A stretch of 64,000 nucleotides of DNA, taken from Pseudomonadota bacterium (GTDB taxonomy: Bacteria > Bdellovibrionota_B > Oligoflexia > Oligoflexales > RGVZ01). Positions 63,037 to 64,000 of the stretch are shown piece after piece. Within the stretch, counting starts at the first letter, position 1. Each line of letters begins with the position of its first letter. Where the stretch lies: assembly GCA_041178085.1 (NCBI GenBank), contig JBEGVZ010000104.1, positions 1-64,000 on the forward strand. Direction: 5' to 3'. The notes under the pieces are model-generated. The model was given only the letters and a program-made list of their open reading frames with translations, did no database searches and was not told the DNA's origin. The position numbers and the translations under genes are program-made.

Positions 63037-63075
63037 CCGGCAGGTTTTTTTGTCAAAAGTTTTTAAGGAGTTGTA

Positions 63076-63270
63076 ATGCCAGGCATTCGCCTCAGAGACG
63101 GAGAAGCATTCGAAGGCGCCCTCCGCCGCTTTAAGAAGCAGTGTGAGAAGTCAGGTGTCCTTTCTGACGTTCGGAAGCGCGAGCACTACGAGAAGCCCTC
63201 GGTTCGCCGCAAGAAGAAGGCTGTTGCTGCTCGCAAGCGCATCCTCAAAAAACTCCGGAAGATGGGCTAA
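63076..63270 (+). CDS. rpsU: 30S ribosomal protein S21
   Basis: [11 protein letters not shown]...[23 protein letters not shown]. Confidence 0.98.
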   Translation: MPGIRLRDGEAFEGALRRFKKQCEKSGVLSDVRKREHYEKPSVRRKKKAVAARKRILKKLRKMG

Positions 63271-63297
63271 GCCCATCTGCTCGGTACGGGTTGAGTC

Positions 63298-64000
63298 ATG
63301 ACCCAGGGCTCCGGTTCCATCGATGATCTGAAAGACCGGATCCTCTCCCGAACATCCCTCGAAAGCCTGGCAGGTGAGTCGATTGCCCTCAAAAAGGGCT
63401 CCGGCCGCCTGATCGGGCTGTGTCCATTTCACGCTGAGAAAACTCCCAGTTTCCATGTTTTTCCCGATCGCTACTACTGCTTTGGCTGCAAGGCAAAGGG
63501 CGACATCATCGACTTCGTGCGCCAGACCAAGGGCATGGGATTCATCGATGCGCTTAAGTTCCTCTGCCAGAAATATGGCGTCGAAGCACCGGAGCTTGAG
63601 TCTTCCCGCCTGAACAGTGCGGAGCGTCATGAAGAGGCTGCTCAGATCAAAGCGCTGCTTGCGGCTCACGAAGAATTCAAGGCCAACATCAAGTCACCTG
63701 CTGGTGAGCATGCGCGCAAATACCTTGAAAAACGGGGTTTCAGTCCGGCCCAGATCGAAGAGTACGGCTTCGGGCTGACTCCTGCGGAGGGGTGGGGCCT
63801 GGTAAAAAAGCTGCGCGCCCTGGGTTTTCAGGAACGCGATCTGAAGGCGGCCTCCCTTGGCACCACTTCGGAAAAGACCGGACGCCTCTATGATTTCTTC
63901 CGCGACAACCGGGTAATGATCCCGATTCGCGACAGCCAGGGTCGGTTGGTCGCATTTGGGGGCAGAACCCTGGGCGATCACCCGGCAAAGTACATCAACA
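63298..64000 (+). CDS. dnaG: DNA primase, 5' part; runs off the window
   Basis: Manual translation from ATG 63298: GLCPFHAEKTPSF...YYCFGC zinc finger, YLEKRG, YDFFRDNRVMIPI, AFGGR, KYIN. Confidence 0.97.
   Translation, partial: MTQGSGSIDDLKDRILSRTSLESLAGESIALKKGSGRLIGLCPFHAEKTPSFHVFPDRYYCFGCKAKGDIIDFVRQTKGMGFIDALKFLCQKYGVEAPELESSRLNSAERHEEAAQIKALLAAHEEFKANIKSPAGEHARKYLEKRGFSPAQIEEYGFGLTPAEGWGLVKKLRALGFQERDLKAASLGTTSEKTGRLYDFFRDNRVMIPIRDSQGRLVAFGGRTLGDHPAKYIN

Noticed and set aside
63298..64000. dnaG as a pseudogene because it is missing from the ORF track
   Set aside because: Primase motifs continue in frame to the window edge; it is only truncated by the window.

Overview
Bacterial chromosomal window. 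Gene content and order resemble Bdellovibrionota/Oligoflexia or related deltaproteobacteria; this is inference, not a database result. In order it carries: (i) a partial DAACS symporter and a cluster of Cys/CxxCH-rich exported proteins interrupted by an IS1-like element whose transposase appears to have a DDN triad; (ii) a lysophospholipase, a cholesterol oxidase-like GMC enzyme, copA, dus, an orphan histidine kinase and osmC; (iii) a six-gene operon of small beta-barrel, lipoprotein, ECF sigma, anti-sigma, exported caspase-like protease with a barrel-like C-terminus, and a second lipoprotein; (iv) a PQQ sugar dehydrogenase, tRNA-Asp and a caa3-type oxidase operon with CtaG/YtkA-like factors, divergent from a Tyr-ligated MauG-like diheme enzyme; (v) usp, a stand-alone rplX, and dsbD-patatin-sfsA-maiA; (vi) a FliT-like/glycosyltransferase-TPR/Slt cluster; (vii) a near-complete type II secretion operon (gspC to gspN) with two gspC genes and aroK, containing a 270-bp inverted-repeat-bounded insert; (viii) ech, ychF, yajQ, rpsU and a partial dnaG. 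The best novelty candidates are the caspase-ECF trans-envelope signalling operon and the IS/MITE pair, which share AACTGC-N9-STG ends and both sit directly beside promoter -35 boxes. All calls come from reading motifs by eye; no searches were run.
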